Source: a virus. From it: a DNA stretch of 64,000 nucleotides. The stretch is taken from IMG/VR virus record IMGVR_UViG_3300020176_000011, positions 1-64,000 of that record; one strand, given 5' to 3'. Position 1 is the stretch's first letter; each line of letters starts with the position of its first letter. Position numbers and translations under genes: made by a program. The notes beneath the pieces are model-generated. The model did not search any database, was not told where the DNA came from, and saw only the letters and a program-made list of their open reading frames with translations. Below are positions 10,654-20,400 of this stretch, piece by piece.

Positions 10654-11216
10654 ACATCCTGAAACGTCTGATCGGCATCACCGGTCCGAAGGGCAGTGGC
10701 AAGGATACCTCTATCCAGCCACTGCTCAACGACGGCTTCGTCGTCGTGAAGTTCGCCGATGGTCTGAAGAACATGCTTCGCACCTATCTGCGTGACTATG
10801 GTGTGGAGCATGGAACCATCGAGCGTATGCTGGAGGGTGATCTCAAGGAGGTACCTCACGAGGCCTTCTGTGGTCGCACTCCGCGTCATGCCATGCAGAC
10901 CCTCGGCACCGAGTGGGGTCGCATGATGATCGGTCCGAAGATGTGGACCAATCTCTTCCGCAAGATGGCTGGTCGTCACGAGAAGGTCGCCACCACAGAT
11001 CTTCGTTTCCTCAACGAGGGCGAGGTGCTGGAGGAGATCAAGGCAGAGGGCGTCGCCGTGGACAAGGTGCGTATCGTTCCGCGCAGCAACGCGGGCAAAC
11101 TCGATCTGCACCCGAGCGAGGTCGAGCTGTATTCCATCGGTGTGAACCATGTGGTTCAGAACGATGGGACGGTGCAGGAGCTTCAGCAGAAGCTTGTTGC
11201 CATCGCCAAGCAATAA
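10650..11216 (+). CDS. Deoxynucleoside monophosphate kinase
   Basis: GITGPKGSGKDT, KFADGLK, TPRHAMQTLGTEWGR, DLRFLNE, HPSE. Confidence 0.9.
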   Translation: MNILKRLIGITGPKGSGKDTSIQPLLNDGFVVVKFADGLKNMLRTYLRDYGVEHGTIERMLEGDLKEVPHEAFCGRTPRHAMQTLGTEWGRMMIGPKMWTNLFRKMAGRHEKVATTDLRFLNEGEVLEEIKAEGVAVDKVRIVPRSNAGKLDLHPSEVELYSIGVNHVVQNDGTVQELQQKLVAIAKQ

Positions 11217-11233
11217 GAACCAACAGGACAAAC

Positions 11234-11268
11234 AGGGCGGACCGGAGTAAGGTCCGCCCTCCTTTTTT
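11234..11268 (+). terminator. Intrinsic terminator
   Basis: 10-bp stem AGGGCGGACC/GGTCCGCCCT followed by CCTTTTTT. Confidence 0.75.
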
Positions 11269-11288
11269 GATCAGAGTAAGGAACGACC

Positions 11289-13208
11289 ATGTCTACGAAT
11301 TCGCTTCCCACGGCCTATCAGGAATTCATCGCACTCTCGCGCTACGCGCGCTGGGACGACAGTCTCAATCGACGAGAGACGTGGGACGAAACGGTGGACC
11401 GCTACATCAACTTCTTCGACAGCAAGGCCGCGTCCTCGCGCATCATCAGCCACATCGGCAAGACCAATCTGCGTGACGCCATCATGGACCTCCGCGTGAT
11501 GCCGAGCATGCGCGCGCTGATGACGGCAGGGCCTGCCCTCGACCGCTGCCACATCGCTGGCTACAACTGTGCCTACCTCCCGATCAACAACCCGATCTGC
11601 TTCGACGAGGCGTTCTACATCCTGCTCTGCGGGACCGGCGTCGGCTACAGCGTCGAGCGGCAGGAGGTGGCTCACCTCCCCGTGATCTCCGAGCGCATGC
11701 AGACGACCTCCTCCACCATCATCGTCGAGGACAGCAAGGAAGGTTGGGCACTCGCGCTGCGCCAGCTCCTGGCCCAGCTCTACGCCGGGTTCATCCCGAA
11801 GATCGACACAAGCCTCGTGCGCCCGGCCGGGTCGCGTCTGATGACGTTCGGTGGGCGCGCCTCGGGGCCAGGACCGCTGGAGGAGCTGTTCAAGTTCGCG
11901 ATCAGCCTGTTCAAGCAGGCGGCCGGTCGTAAGCTGACCAGCATCGAGTGCCATGACCTCATGTGCAAGATCGCCGAGATCGTCGTCGTCGGCGGGGTGC
12001 GACGTGCTGCGCTGATCTGTTTCTCGAACCTGTCGGACGAGCGCATGCGCGACGCCAAGGCCGGTCAGTGGTGGGAACTGAACCCGCAGCGGGCTCTGGC
12101 CAACAACTCCTACGCGGCCACCGAGCGACCCGACGTCGGCGTGTTCATGGACGAGTGGACCTCGCTCTACAAATCCAAGTCGGGTGAGCGTGGCATCTTC
12201 AATCGCGAGGCGGCTCGGAAACAAGTCGCCAAGTATGGTCGCCGCGATCCCGATCATGAATGGGGCAGCAACCCCTGCTGCGAGATCATCCTCCGTCCTT
12301 TCCAGTTCTGCAATCTCACCGAGATTGTCGCTCGGGAATTCGACAACTTCAACACGCTGTCGGAGAAGGCGGAAATCGCAGCGGCGCTCGGCACCATGCA
12401 GGCCACGCTGACCCACTTCCCCTACCTCCGCGACATCTGGTCGAAGAACACGAAGGAGGAGGCCCTCCTGGGCGTGTCCATGACGGGCATCATGGACTGC
12501 CGCTGGCTCCACACGGAGGCCACTCCCGAGGCTCTGAACGGCCTCCGCGAGGTCGTTCTGGTGGCCAACAAGGAGTGTGCCGAACTCGCCGGGATCAACC
12601 AGTCGGCCGCCAACACCTGCGTGAAGCCCTCGGGCACGGTCAGCCAGCTGGTGGACAGTGCCTCGGGCATCCATGGTCGCTACGCGCCCTTCTACATTCG
12701 CCGGGTGCGTGGTGACATCAAGGATCCGATGACGACTTTCATGAAGCAGATCGGCATCCCCAACGAACCCTGCGTGAACAAGCCGAAGGATACGGTCGTG
12801 TTCTCCTTCCCCATGAAAGCTCCGGTCGGTTCGATCTTCACTTCCGACCTGACGGCGATCCAACATCTCGAGTTCTGGAAGAAGATCCAGGACAACTGGT
12901 GCGAACACAAGCCGTCGATCACGGTCGAGGTGAAGGAACACGAATGGCCGACCATCGGTGCGTGGGTCTGGCAGAACTTCGACCAGGTGTCGGGTATCTC
13001 GTTCCTTCCGGCGGCCGGTGGGCACACCTACCGGCAGGCTCCCTACGAGGAGATCGACGAGGCCACCTACCTCGAATTGTCGAAGAACATGCCGAGGAAC
13101 ATCGACTGGACCCAGCTGGCCGAGTTCGAGAAGACCGACAACACGGTCAGCTCGCAGACGCTGGCCTGCACGGGCGGTGCCTGTGAGATCGTGGACATCC
13201 AGTCGTGA
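11289..13208 (+). CDS. nrdJ: Class II (adenosylcobalamin-dependent) ribonucleotide reductase
   Basis: MPSMRALMTAG, YNC, NPCCEI, TCVKPSGTVSQL, C-terminal ACTGGACE; no small subunit adjacent. Confidence 0.92.
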   Translation: MSTNSLPTAYQEFIALSRYARWDDSLNRRETWDETVDRYINFFDSKAASSRIISHIGKTNLRDAIMDLRVMPSMRALMTAGPALDRCHIAGYNCAYLPINNPICFDEAFYILLCGTGVGYSVERQEVAHLPVISERMQTTSSTIIVEDSKEGWALALRQLLAQLYAGFIPKIDTSLVRPAGSRLMTFGGRASGPGPLEELFKFAISLFKQAAGRKLTSIECHDLMCKIAEIVVVGGVRRAALICFSNLSDERMRDAKAGQWWELNPQRALANNSYAATERPDVGVFMDEWTSLYKSKSGERGIFNREAARKQVAKYGRRDPDHEWGSNPCCEIILRPFQFCNLTEIVAREFDNFNTLSEKAEIAAALGTMQATLTHFPYLRDIWSKNTKEEALLGVSMTGIMDCRWLHTEATPEALNGLREVVLVANKECAELAGINQSAANTCVKPSGTVSQLVDSASGIHGRYAPFYIRRVRGDIKDPMTTFMKQIGIPNEPCVNKPKDTVVFSFPMKAPVGSIFTSDLTAIQHLEFWKKIQDNWCEHKPSITVEVKEHEWPTIGAWVWQNFDQVSGISFLPAAGGHTYRQAPYEEIDEATYLELSKNMPRNIDWTQLAEFEKTDNTVSSQTLACTGGACEIVDIQS

Positions 13209-13474
13209 TCAAAGGAGCAGACATCGTGTATCGGCCGAACATTCCGGCCGATGCCATGGTGGTTCGAGGGACGGCGTATTATCGCCGTCCCGATGGGTCA
13301 GAGTTTGCACACGACTTCGCGTTCTACGATGACCCGATCCTCAGTCACACGAACCGATACCTGCTCGATATTGCACGCGATCAGGAGCTTGAGTTCTTGA
13401 ACATGAAGCTGCACACCACAGCTAAGCTGTGGAACGAACACGACATGAAGCAGCTCTACTTCACTGTCCAGTGA
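13205..13474 (+). CDS. Hypothetical protein
   Basis: GTGA overlap with the nrdJ stop; last gene of the rightward block. Confidence 0.45.
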   Translation: MIKGADIVYRPNIPADAMVVRGTAYYRRPDGSEFAHDFAFYDDPILSHTNRYLLDIARDQELEFLNMKLHTTAKLWNEHDMKQLYFTVQ

Positions 13475-13757
13475 AGTCCTCGGGATAGTGCAGCTTGTAT
13501 TGAGCCCGCAGCTTCCCACGGCAGTCGGCACCAGCCAGACGCCACGACTCTCCCAGTCGCCACCCATCGGTGTCCACCCGCATTGAGCCAGCGGGTGGCA
13601 CCTTCTCTTCGTCCTTGCACATGAGATCGGCTCGCGACGGACGCGGCTTAACGACTTCCGGCACCGTCAGCACGGTCGGCTTGTTCTCGCCGCACGCGCT
13701 CAAAATACTCGCGGCCAGCAGTAGACAGAGGGACAGCTTTGCCGTCGCGCTCGGCAT
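13461..13757 (-). CDS. o-spanin (Rz1-like lipoprotein)
   Basis: Signal peptide with lipobox ILSAC, Pro-rich, overlaps the i-spanin. Confidence 0.8.
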   Translation of the reverse strand: MPSATAKLSLCLLLAASILSACGENKPTVLTVPEVVKPRPSRADLMCKDEEKVPPAGSMRVDTDGWRLGESWRLAGADCRGKLRAQYKLHYPEDFTGQ

Positions 13758-14043
13758 CCAGGAGCTGTTGGATTTGGTCGGCATACTGCTTCTCCCGTAG
13801 GATCTGGGCCGTCAGGGCTTCGCCACGGACCGTTTCGAGTTCGTCGTTGTACTGGGCAAGCTCTTTACGAGCAGACTCCGAACGCGCAAAAGCGTCAAGA
13901 GCTGTCTGCTTGTCCTTGTTGGCCAGCTCGACATTCTTCTTCTCGACGTCGAGCCGTAGGGTTTGGATGGTGAGGGCAGTTCCGAGTGAGAGGACAAGGA
14001 CGGCTCCACCGATAGCCAACCACTTCGTGATTGGGTTCAGCAT
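13648..14043 (-). CDS. i-spanin (Rz-like)
   Basis: N-terminal TM helix then coiled coil, directly after the endolysin. Confidence 0.8.
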   Translation of the reverse strand: MLNPITKWLAIGGAVLVLSLGTALTIQTLRLDVEKKNVELANKDKQTALDAFARSESARKELAQYNDELETVRGEALTAQILREKQYADQIQQLLDAERDGKAVPLSTAGREYFERVRREQADRADGAGSR

Positions 14044-14951
14044 CAGAACACCTTTGCAGCACGGAGCTTCTTGTAGAAGCGAATGCCGAAGTAGATGATC
14101 GCTGCCAGGGCCACGCCCGAGCCGATGAGCGCCACCATCTGCAGATTGCCGATGGAGTGCAGGCCCGTCGCGGCGATCTGAGCCGTTCCGGCAGTCGCAG
14201 TGGCCACGGTGTTGGCCGCCTGCGTCACCTGAGCCGCCGTGTTCATCGTGTCGACGATGCTGGCCGTGGTCGTCACAGCCGTCGCGCCGGTCGCCACGGC
14301 AGCCACAGCCGCCGTCTGGAGCGTCTTGCTGTCGACGGCAGCCTTCACCGGACCCTTCTCATCGCTCAGCACGACCTGCGGCATCGGCAGCTCAGGCGGC
14401 ATCTCGACCGGCGGGAGAGGCTCGGGCGGCGGCAGAACCTTGTTCAGGTCGGTGACGACCGGCGTGGCGAAGAGGGTCTGCTCTTCCTTGCGACGCACGA
14501 CCAGGCCCGGCACGACCTCGGAATCCTCGATCTTGCCATTGCCGTTCAGGTCCGCCTTGTTCCACAGGGCAAAGGCGCGCATCGCACCCGCATCGTCCCC
14601 AGCATTGAACAGACGCAGCACGGTGCTGCCCGCAAACCCGGCGAGGCCGATGTTGTAGGTGAGAGACACCATCGCGCCGAACTGGTTGTCGTTGGCCGGA
14701 CGCTTGAGCAGGCTTTCGACACCCAACTCGAACTTGTCGAGATCGGAGCGAAGGAAATCGAGCGCCATCTGGGCGCTGATCGGCGGATCGTTCGGGCCGA
14801 CGCGCTTGCCGCCCATGTACCACGACGGATAGATCGTGGTGCCATAGCCGATGGTCCAGACCTTTGCCGGGCACAGGTACGGGGAAAGGACCAAGCCCTC
14901 TTTGCGCTTGATCAGGTTCTCGGTTTCGACGTTTACGTTCCGGACGGTCAT
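14043..14951 (-). CDS. Endolysin, GH24 lysozyme with C-terminal hydrophobic extension
   Basis: IKRKEGLVLSPYLCPAKVWTIGYG, NQFGAMVSLTYNIG, GLVVRRKEE; ATG at 14951. Confidence 0.9.
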   Translation of the reverse strand: MTVRNVNVETENLIKRKEGLVLSPYLCPAKVWTIGYGTTIYPSWYMGGKRVGPNDPPISAQMALDFLRSDLDKFELGVESLLKRPANDNQFGAMVSLTYNIGLAGFAGSTVLRLFNAGDDAGAMRAFALWNKADLNGNGKIEDSEVVPGLVVRRKEEQTLFATPVVTDLNKVLPPPEPLPPVEMPPELPMPQVVLSDEKGPVKAAVDSKTLQTAAVAAVATGATAVTTTASIVDTMNTAAQVTQAANTVATATAGTAQIAATGLHSIGNLQMVALIGSGVALAAIIYFGIRFYKKLRAAKVF

Positions 14952-15343
14952 GAGTGACGGCGCTCCAGGGCCTTGTGAAGATGGTGGACAGAATACACCA
15001 TGGAGAGCGAAAGGCAAATGTAGACCAGCCACTCGGGCACATGGGAGCGTCCCATTCCGAGAAGCACTCCTAGGATAAACCAGCCGCCTGCCGACAGGAC
15101 CGCTGCGATGATTCGTCCTTCTCGACCGAAGGCACAGGTGTGGGCTTGAAGGGAGATCATCTGGAACAGTGCCAACATGATTGCCGTCGCGCCGTAGCGC
15201 CATTCGGTCGTGATCAAGTTCACGTATCGATAGCGCGGGAAGTCAGGGAAGCTGTCGAACGGCAATACAACAAAGATGCCGAACACCAACATTGTCCACG
15301 CTGACATCCACTCAAGGGATTGCGTGTGTTTGTAATGGTTCAT
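14948..15343 (-). CDS. Multi-TM membrane protein, holin candidate
   Basis: About 4 hydrophobic segments, coupled upstream of the endolysin. Confidence 0.6.
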   Translation of the reverse strand: MNHYKHTQSLEWMSAWTMLVFGIFVVLPFDSFPDFPRYRYVNLITTEWRYGATAIMLALFQMISLQAHTCAFGREGRIIAAVLSAGGWFILGVLLGMGRSHVPEWLVYICLSLSMVYSVHHLHKALERRHS

Positions 15344-15675
15344 GACTTGCCCCAGATCTTGGCAAAGTTTTCCCACGGAACTTTTACGATTAAGCCACCA
15401 ATTGAGATACAGAGTGCGCCAAAAGCCAGCAACACCTTCCAGCCACCCTTCGTGTAGATCATTGCGTCACGAACTTCTCGGACGTCCGAACGCATGCTGT
15501 TGTGACTGGACTTTAGCTCATCGAACTTCTTGTCCATGTTCGCTCGGTACTGCTCAAACTCACGCTTGATGTCATTCACGGCGTCACGACGTTCCTGCTG
15601 GATGATTTCCATCCGCTGTACGGCCATCAGCACCCGAGTGAAATCGGTGATGGGTTCGGGTGCTTTGTCATCCAT
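15340..15675 (-). CDS. Coiled-coil protein with C-terminal TM (holin/antiholin-like)
   Basis: Coiled coil then GGWKVLLAFGALCISIGGLIV; within the lysis cassette. Confidence 0.55.
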   Translation of the reverse strand: MDDKAPEPITDFTRVLMAVQRMEIIQQERRDAVNDIKREFEQYRANMDKKFDELKSSHNSMRSDVREVRDAMIYTKGGWKVLLAFGALCISIGGLIVKVPWENFAKIWGKS

Positions 15676-15678
15676 GTC

Positions 15679-16161
15679 TCACCGCCAAAGAAGGATGCCG
15701 AGGCTCGGCGTCACTCCTTTTAGCACGACAGAATTTGAATCTTCCACCACTAAAGTGCCAGGCTTGACGGCCGGGTCGATCTGCCCGATGCAGTGCAAGT
15801 AGGCCTGTTTCGGAGGCAGGGTGTGGACCTGGTCCTGGCCCAGTTCCAGCTTGCAGCAGTCGAACGAGGCCTTGGATTGGACACAGATCCACCGGCTCCC
15901 GTTCTCTGTAGCTGTCAGGAGATACTTCCCACGCTTGATCAGGTCCGGTCGGTCCTCGCTGAACGTGCCCGGTGGGCGCTCGGCAATTACCTGACCGCTC
16001 GGATCGGTGATGGTGAAGTGACCCGAGACATACATAGCGCAGCTGTCGATCTGGACGTAGCGAGACGTGTCACCGTCGAAGATGTACTCTCGAGTCTCAC
16101 CCTTCGACAGCATGAAGTCGGTGATCGTGAATGCGGCCTTGTGGGTGATTTTGACACGCAT
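15679..16161 (-). CDS. Hypothetical beta-rich protein coupled to the desaturase
   Basis: ATG at 16161 just after the desaturase stop. Confidence 0.6.
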   Translation of the reverse strand: MRVKITHKAAFTITDFMLSKGETREYIFDGDTSRYVQIDSCAMYVSGHFTITDPSGQVIAERPPGTFSEDRPDLIKRGKYLLTATENGSRWICVQSKASFDCCKLELGQDQVHTLPPKQAYLHCIGQIDPAVKPGTLVVEDSNSVVLKGVTPSLGILLWR

Positions 16162-16162
16162 A

Positions 16163-16873
16163 TCACTTCTTCCTAATGAGACGGATGAAGAGAGAACTGG
16201 GATTGAACGGACCCATATCCCACCGAGACGGATGATCATGGTGGAATTTGTGACGCCACTCACCAACGCTCACCGGAATCATCCACCACACGTCTCGCGG
16301 CTGACGACCCCAATGCGCGACGATATTGTGGATTCCACCCATGATCAAGAGCATTCCGACCGGCAGGACATACCCGTAGAAGCCGAGTTCCCAGTTGATC
16401 AAGGTCAGGGCCAGGAGCGTGAGCATGTTCACGAGCCAGTAGTGGCGGTGAAACCACATGTGCCACGGGTCATGCTTCATCAGCTGACGAGCGCACTTCC
16501 AGCTGTATTTCGGATAGTGGTAGTTGATCAGCCAAGCTGACTTCCAACTTTTCACATTGTGTGGATCCTGATCGGTATCCGAATACATGTGATGGGCAGT
16601 GTGGGCGGCGCACCATTGCAAGGAGCTTCCCGAACAGGAAAGTGTTCCAAGGTAGAGCATCACTCGTTCGACCCATCGATATGTCCGATAGGAGTTGTGT
16701 GTGAATTTGAAATGGAAACCTGCACTCACGCTCAACCCGACGACCACGTAAGTGAAGAGAGTGGCCCACAGCCACTCGGTCGGTCCAAGAAGTACAGCAG
16801 TCACGATGGCAATCACGCCAACGACTTGGACCAGACCCGAGTGGTGCCCTCGGTGCATGAGGAGGTGGGTCAC
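16163..16873 (-). CDS. Membrane fatty-acid desaturase, Delta9 (DesC/OLE1)-type
   Basis: His boxes HFKFTH, HTAHH followed by SDTDQDPH, NIVAH, GEWRHKFHH; TM segments. Confidence 0.88.
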   Translation of the reverse strand: MTHLLMHRGHHSGLVQVVGVIAIVTAVLLGPTEWLWATLFTYVVVGLSVSAGFHFKFTHNSYRTYRWVERVMLYLGTLSCSGSSLQWCAAHTAHHMYSDTDQDPHNVKSWKSAWLINYHYPKYSWKCARQLMKHDPWHMWFHRHYWLVNMLTLLALTLINWELGFYGYVLPVGMLLIMGGIHNIVAHWGRQPRDVWWMIPVSVGEWRHKFHHDHPSRWDMGPFNPSSLFIRLIRKK

Positions 16874-16876
16874 GAC

Positions 16877-17164
16877 CTACTCCACCTTCGGCTCTTCGAA
16901 CAGACGCGGCTGAGCGTCGTCATTATCGGTGACGACCGGAGCTTGCGGCTGGTACTCGCCCGGCTTGTTGATCGGCGCATCTTTGCGGAGGAGGCGGACC
17001 TCTTCCTCGGGAAGGACCGGCGCGTTGGAGAGAGCCGCGTAGTTCTGTCGAGCGATGATCGGAGCAACCCATCGGCTGTCCTTCAGCTGCTCCACTTCCA
17101 GTCCTTCGGCACCGAAGTCGATGGCCTCGGCAGAGGTCAGTACGATCTTGTCATTGACGTTCAT
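16877..17164 (-). CDS. Hypothetical protein (tail-fibre associated)
   Basis: SD AGGAG, ATG at 17164. Confidence 0.6.
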   Translation of the reverse strand: MNVNDKIVLTSAEAIDFGAEGLEVEQLKDSRWVAPIIARQNYAALSNAPVLPEEEVRLLRKDAPINKPGEYQPQAPVVTDNDDAQPRLFEEPKVE

Positions 17165-17178
17165 GATGTTCTCCTGGG

Positions 17179-17412
17179 TTAAGCGATGAGTGCGTCGACT
17201 TCTTCTTGGGTCATCCTCGGCAATGCTGCGAAGACCCCCCACCGGTCTTCATATGCCGGACTTTCGAGACAATTGGAACTGATGAAGTAGGTGCCATCGG
17301 TCAGCACAACCGGCTCCAAGAAATCGATTGAAGCATACTCAGGGATGCGAGACGGACCACGATGTTCGTCTCGCTGAGCCGGTGTCAGCCTCAGATAGGG
17401 TGTATCGGTCAT
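17179..17412 (-). CDS. Hypothetical protein (tail-fibre associated, possible chaperone)
   Basis: ATGA-coupled to the tail fibre stop. Confidence 0.6.
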   Translation of the reverse strand: MTDTPYLRLTPAQRDEHRGPSRIPEYASIDFLEPVVLTDGTYFISSNCLESPAYEDRWGVFAALPRMTQEEVDALIA

Positions 17413-20400
17413 AGCGCAACTCCGCGTGCAGTAAGCATAGCTTGAATGGTGTTGTAGAGACTCAACTGTTTGGCTGCACTCATCGACTTCACAACCATCG
17501 CTATGCTCATCGCAGTATTACGAGCATTATTTCGATTGCCGTTGTCGTTTCGACCACCCAGTATGATTTCGATGTTAGGTAGAACAGTTCCATTTGTACC
17601 CAACGAAGTGGTCGCAAACAGATTACCATTACGCCAATGTTCCAATACAGACGCTCCAGGAGCGCGAGTGATACCATGAAATCCAACAGAGCTGGGAGTG
17701 AGTGTGGCAGTCTGAACAATAGCATTGTTCAGACTGCCATACATTCGATTAGCACCACTTCGTGGCGCAAATTCCATGTTCTGAGTATCAGAAATATAGA
17801 CGCCAAGAGAATCACCCGGAGGACCACCATTTACCTCCTGACGTTCATACCACATCAAGCCAAGATCATCTCCCGCAATTAGGGTGCCGTGAACACTGGG
17901 AATGTATCCGGTTCGAATGTGCATTGCCGAATTAAATGTAGTTCCAGTAGCTGCGTAAGCCGGAGAATTAAGTCCGGTACCTACTACTCCCTTTTTACCA
18001 CTAACCAATACCTGTTGAGCTACGACGTCCAGAGTCGTACCCCACCAGAAATCGTCGATGTAATTCCACAGATCATTCGTAACCAAGTCGGCGTAGAATT
18101 TGCTACGGAAAGCAAACTCTGCATCGGTCATTCGTCCACCAGCTGCCACAACGTTGGCACGGTTCTGAACCGCATACGGATGCCACATCTGGACGTTGGA
18201 GACGAATGCGCTGATCGGTTCGACGACCTGATGAGCAATCGGAATCGGCAACGAACCGGCGACGGTCGTCGATAGAGAAGCGGGGCTCGACGGATCATTC
18301 ATCGTCGCGTAGCTGTAGCCAGTCGACGGCGTGACCGTGCTGCCAGCCAAGACTGGCCAACCCGCAAAGTGGTTCATGTGAGCGTGGACCGGGATAATGA
18401 ACGTGCCCCACGGCTGAGCATTCACTGCCGCGACGAGTGCTGTGTTCACCGCTTGTAGTGCAGTCCACAGAGTGTTGCCACGCTCGGACAGGCCAGCCAG
18501 ATTGGTCACAACGCCGATCTTCACGCCGGGGCACGCCGCTCGGATGTTCGACAGAATGAACGGCACAATCAGATTGATGTCGGCAACGGCTTCGGCCGTC
18601 GTGGTCCGCTCCAGGATGTCTTCCAATCCCAGATTGAGGATCACGATGTCCGGGTCGGCGAAGCTGAACCGATTGAGGTAGTGACGGAAGTCGAAGATGT
18701 AACCACCGGCCGTCGTGTAGGTCAGAGAGTCGCCACCCGTGGCCAGACGAAGGAACGGGTTCTGCGCATATTTGTTCGTCTTCGACAGCGCATTGTAAGT
18801 CGCTTCGGTTCCGAGGGCGAATGGAGCGGGTGTGTCACCATCGGCCACCAGACCGCTCAGATCTCCCCAGCCCTGCGAGAATCGATACTCGCCGACCGGA
18901 CCACCAGTGCTGTTCCAGGACGCGCTGATGCTGCCAGGAATCGTACCGACAGCGACCGGCGTAAGACCCATGGTCTGAAGCTTGGTAAACAGCTGGCTCG
19001 ACAACTGGTTCAGCGTCGTGTCGCCGATGATCATGACGCGGGGACTACCAGTCAGACCCGAGCTGGCGGCGATGTGAACATCCAAGTCCATGACGTAGCG
19101 ACGATTGATGTCGCTGTAGGACATGAGAGCGAGCTGGCACGTCGAACCCATCAGGTTCGGATCGATACGAAGAGTGTCCTCGCTCGACATGACGTAGGGA
19201 TAGTTGTTGTTCGACGTCTGAACGGAGGCAATGCCACCATAGTAGAGGTCTTCCATCGTCTGCATCGGCATCAAGTTGCGCAGGTGCAATGGCATGACAC
19301 GACCCGTGTTCAACCACAGGTCCTTGCCCATGATCGGTGCAGCACTGAACCAGCGCGGGTAGTCGGCGCGCATGATCCAGTTTGCCGGGGAGTTTCGCTG
19401 GACGCACAGCTGCGCACCACCAACCGTCACCGTTCCACTTGCCGACGCAGCGCCCAGATGCGCGCGAGTTGCACCTGCCGATGCCGAACTGAGAACACCC
19501 GCGACGGAGTAAATGGCAGCGTTCGCCGACAGCTGCTTCTCCAACGTCATGGTGAACGACTGAAGACTGACAACACCACCGGTCTTTGTGGTCTGTCGGA
19601 AAATCAGAGTACGACCAGTGCCAAACGTATTCGCGATTGTCGTCTCGATGTAGATGCGACCAAAGAAATACTCGTTACCCATCAAAGGTTCGGGGAAGAC
19701 CATACCCTGATAGTTGTTGGTTGTTCCCTTCACACCCTTCGTGATCCCGAGAGCGAGGATCGCCGAGTCGGTGAACGGAGTCACGACTTCGGATGCGAGC
19801 GGAACCGACTGCTCGGGGAACAGACTGTCGAGAAACATGTTCTCGCTGACACCCGCGCTATCGCCGATGAAGTTGTAGCGACTGGTCACGTTACCGAAGT
19901 TCGAGACGCAGATCTCGGGCTCCTGATACATGTTGGTGGTGACGCGCGTGACATTCGTCTCGCTCTTGATCGCACCCTGGGGATCGGTCGGGTTGGCGAT
20001 GTGATACGCGCGGTCGTACCAGACGCGGGTGATGCTGGTCTTCGACGTCGAGAGTGGAGCCGTGAAGTAGCGGGTCTGGTTCGGAGCTGCAGCATTCGGC
20101 GTCACGAGGATCATGCCTTCGCGACCATCGACGTAGTAGAACTCCGGAATGAGAACCTCGGTCTTCTCCACAATGCCGACGTCGCGCATCATGATGAAGC
20201 TGGTCTGCTCCGAGAGACGGTCGTAGAGAACCGGGTCCGTACCGATGGTGCCGGAAGCGCCGCCGACCCAGTTCCAGACCGTGCGAGCGTATTTGGTACC
20301 TTGCTTGATCGAGACGAGCGATCCCACCATCATAGCGAAGGTTGCGATGCTGGGCTCTCGAACGGCACCACCCGCCTGCACCTTGTAAAAGCCACCCTGC

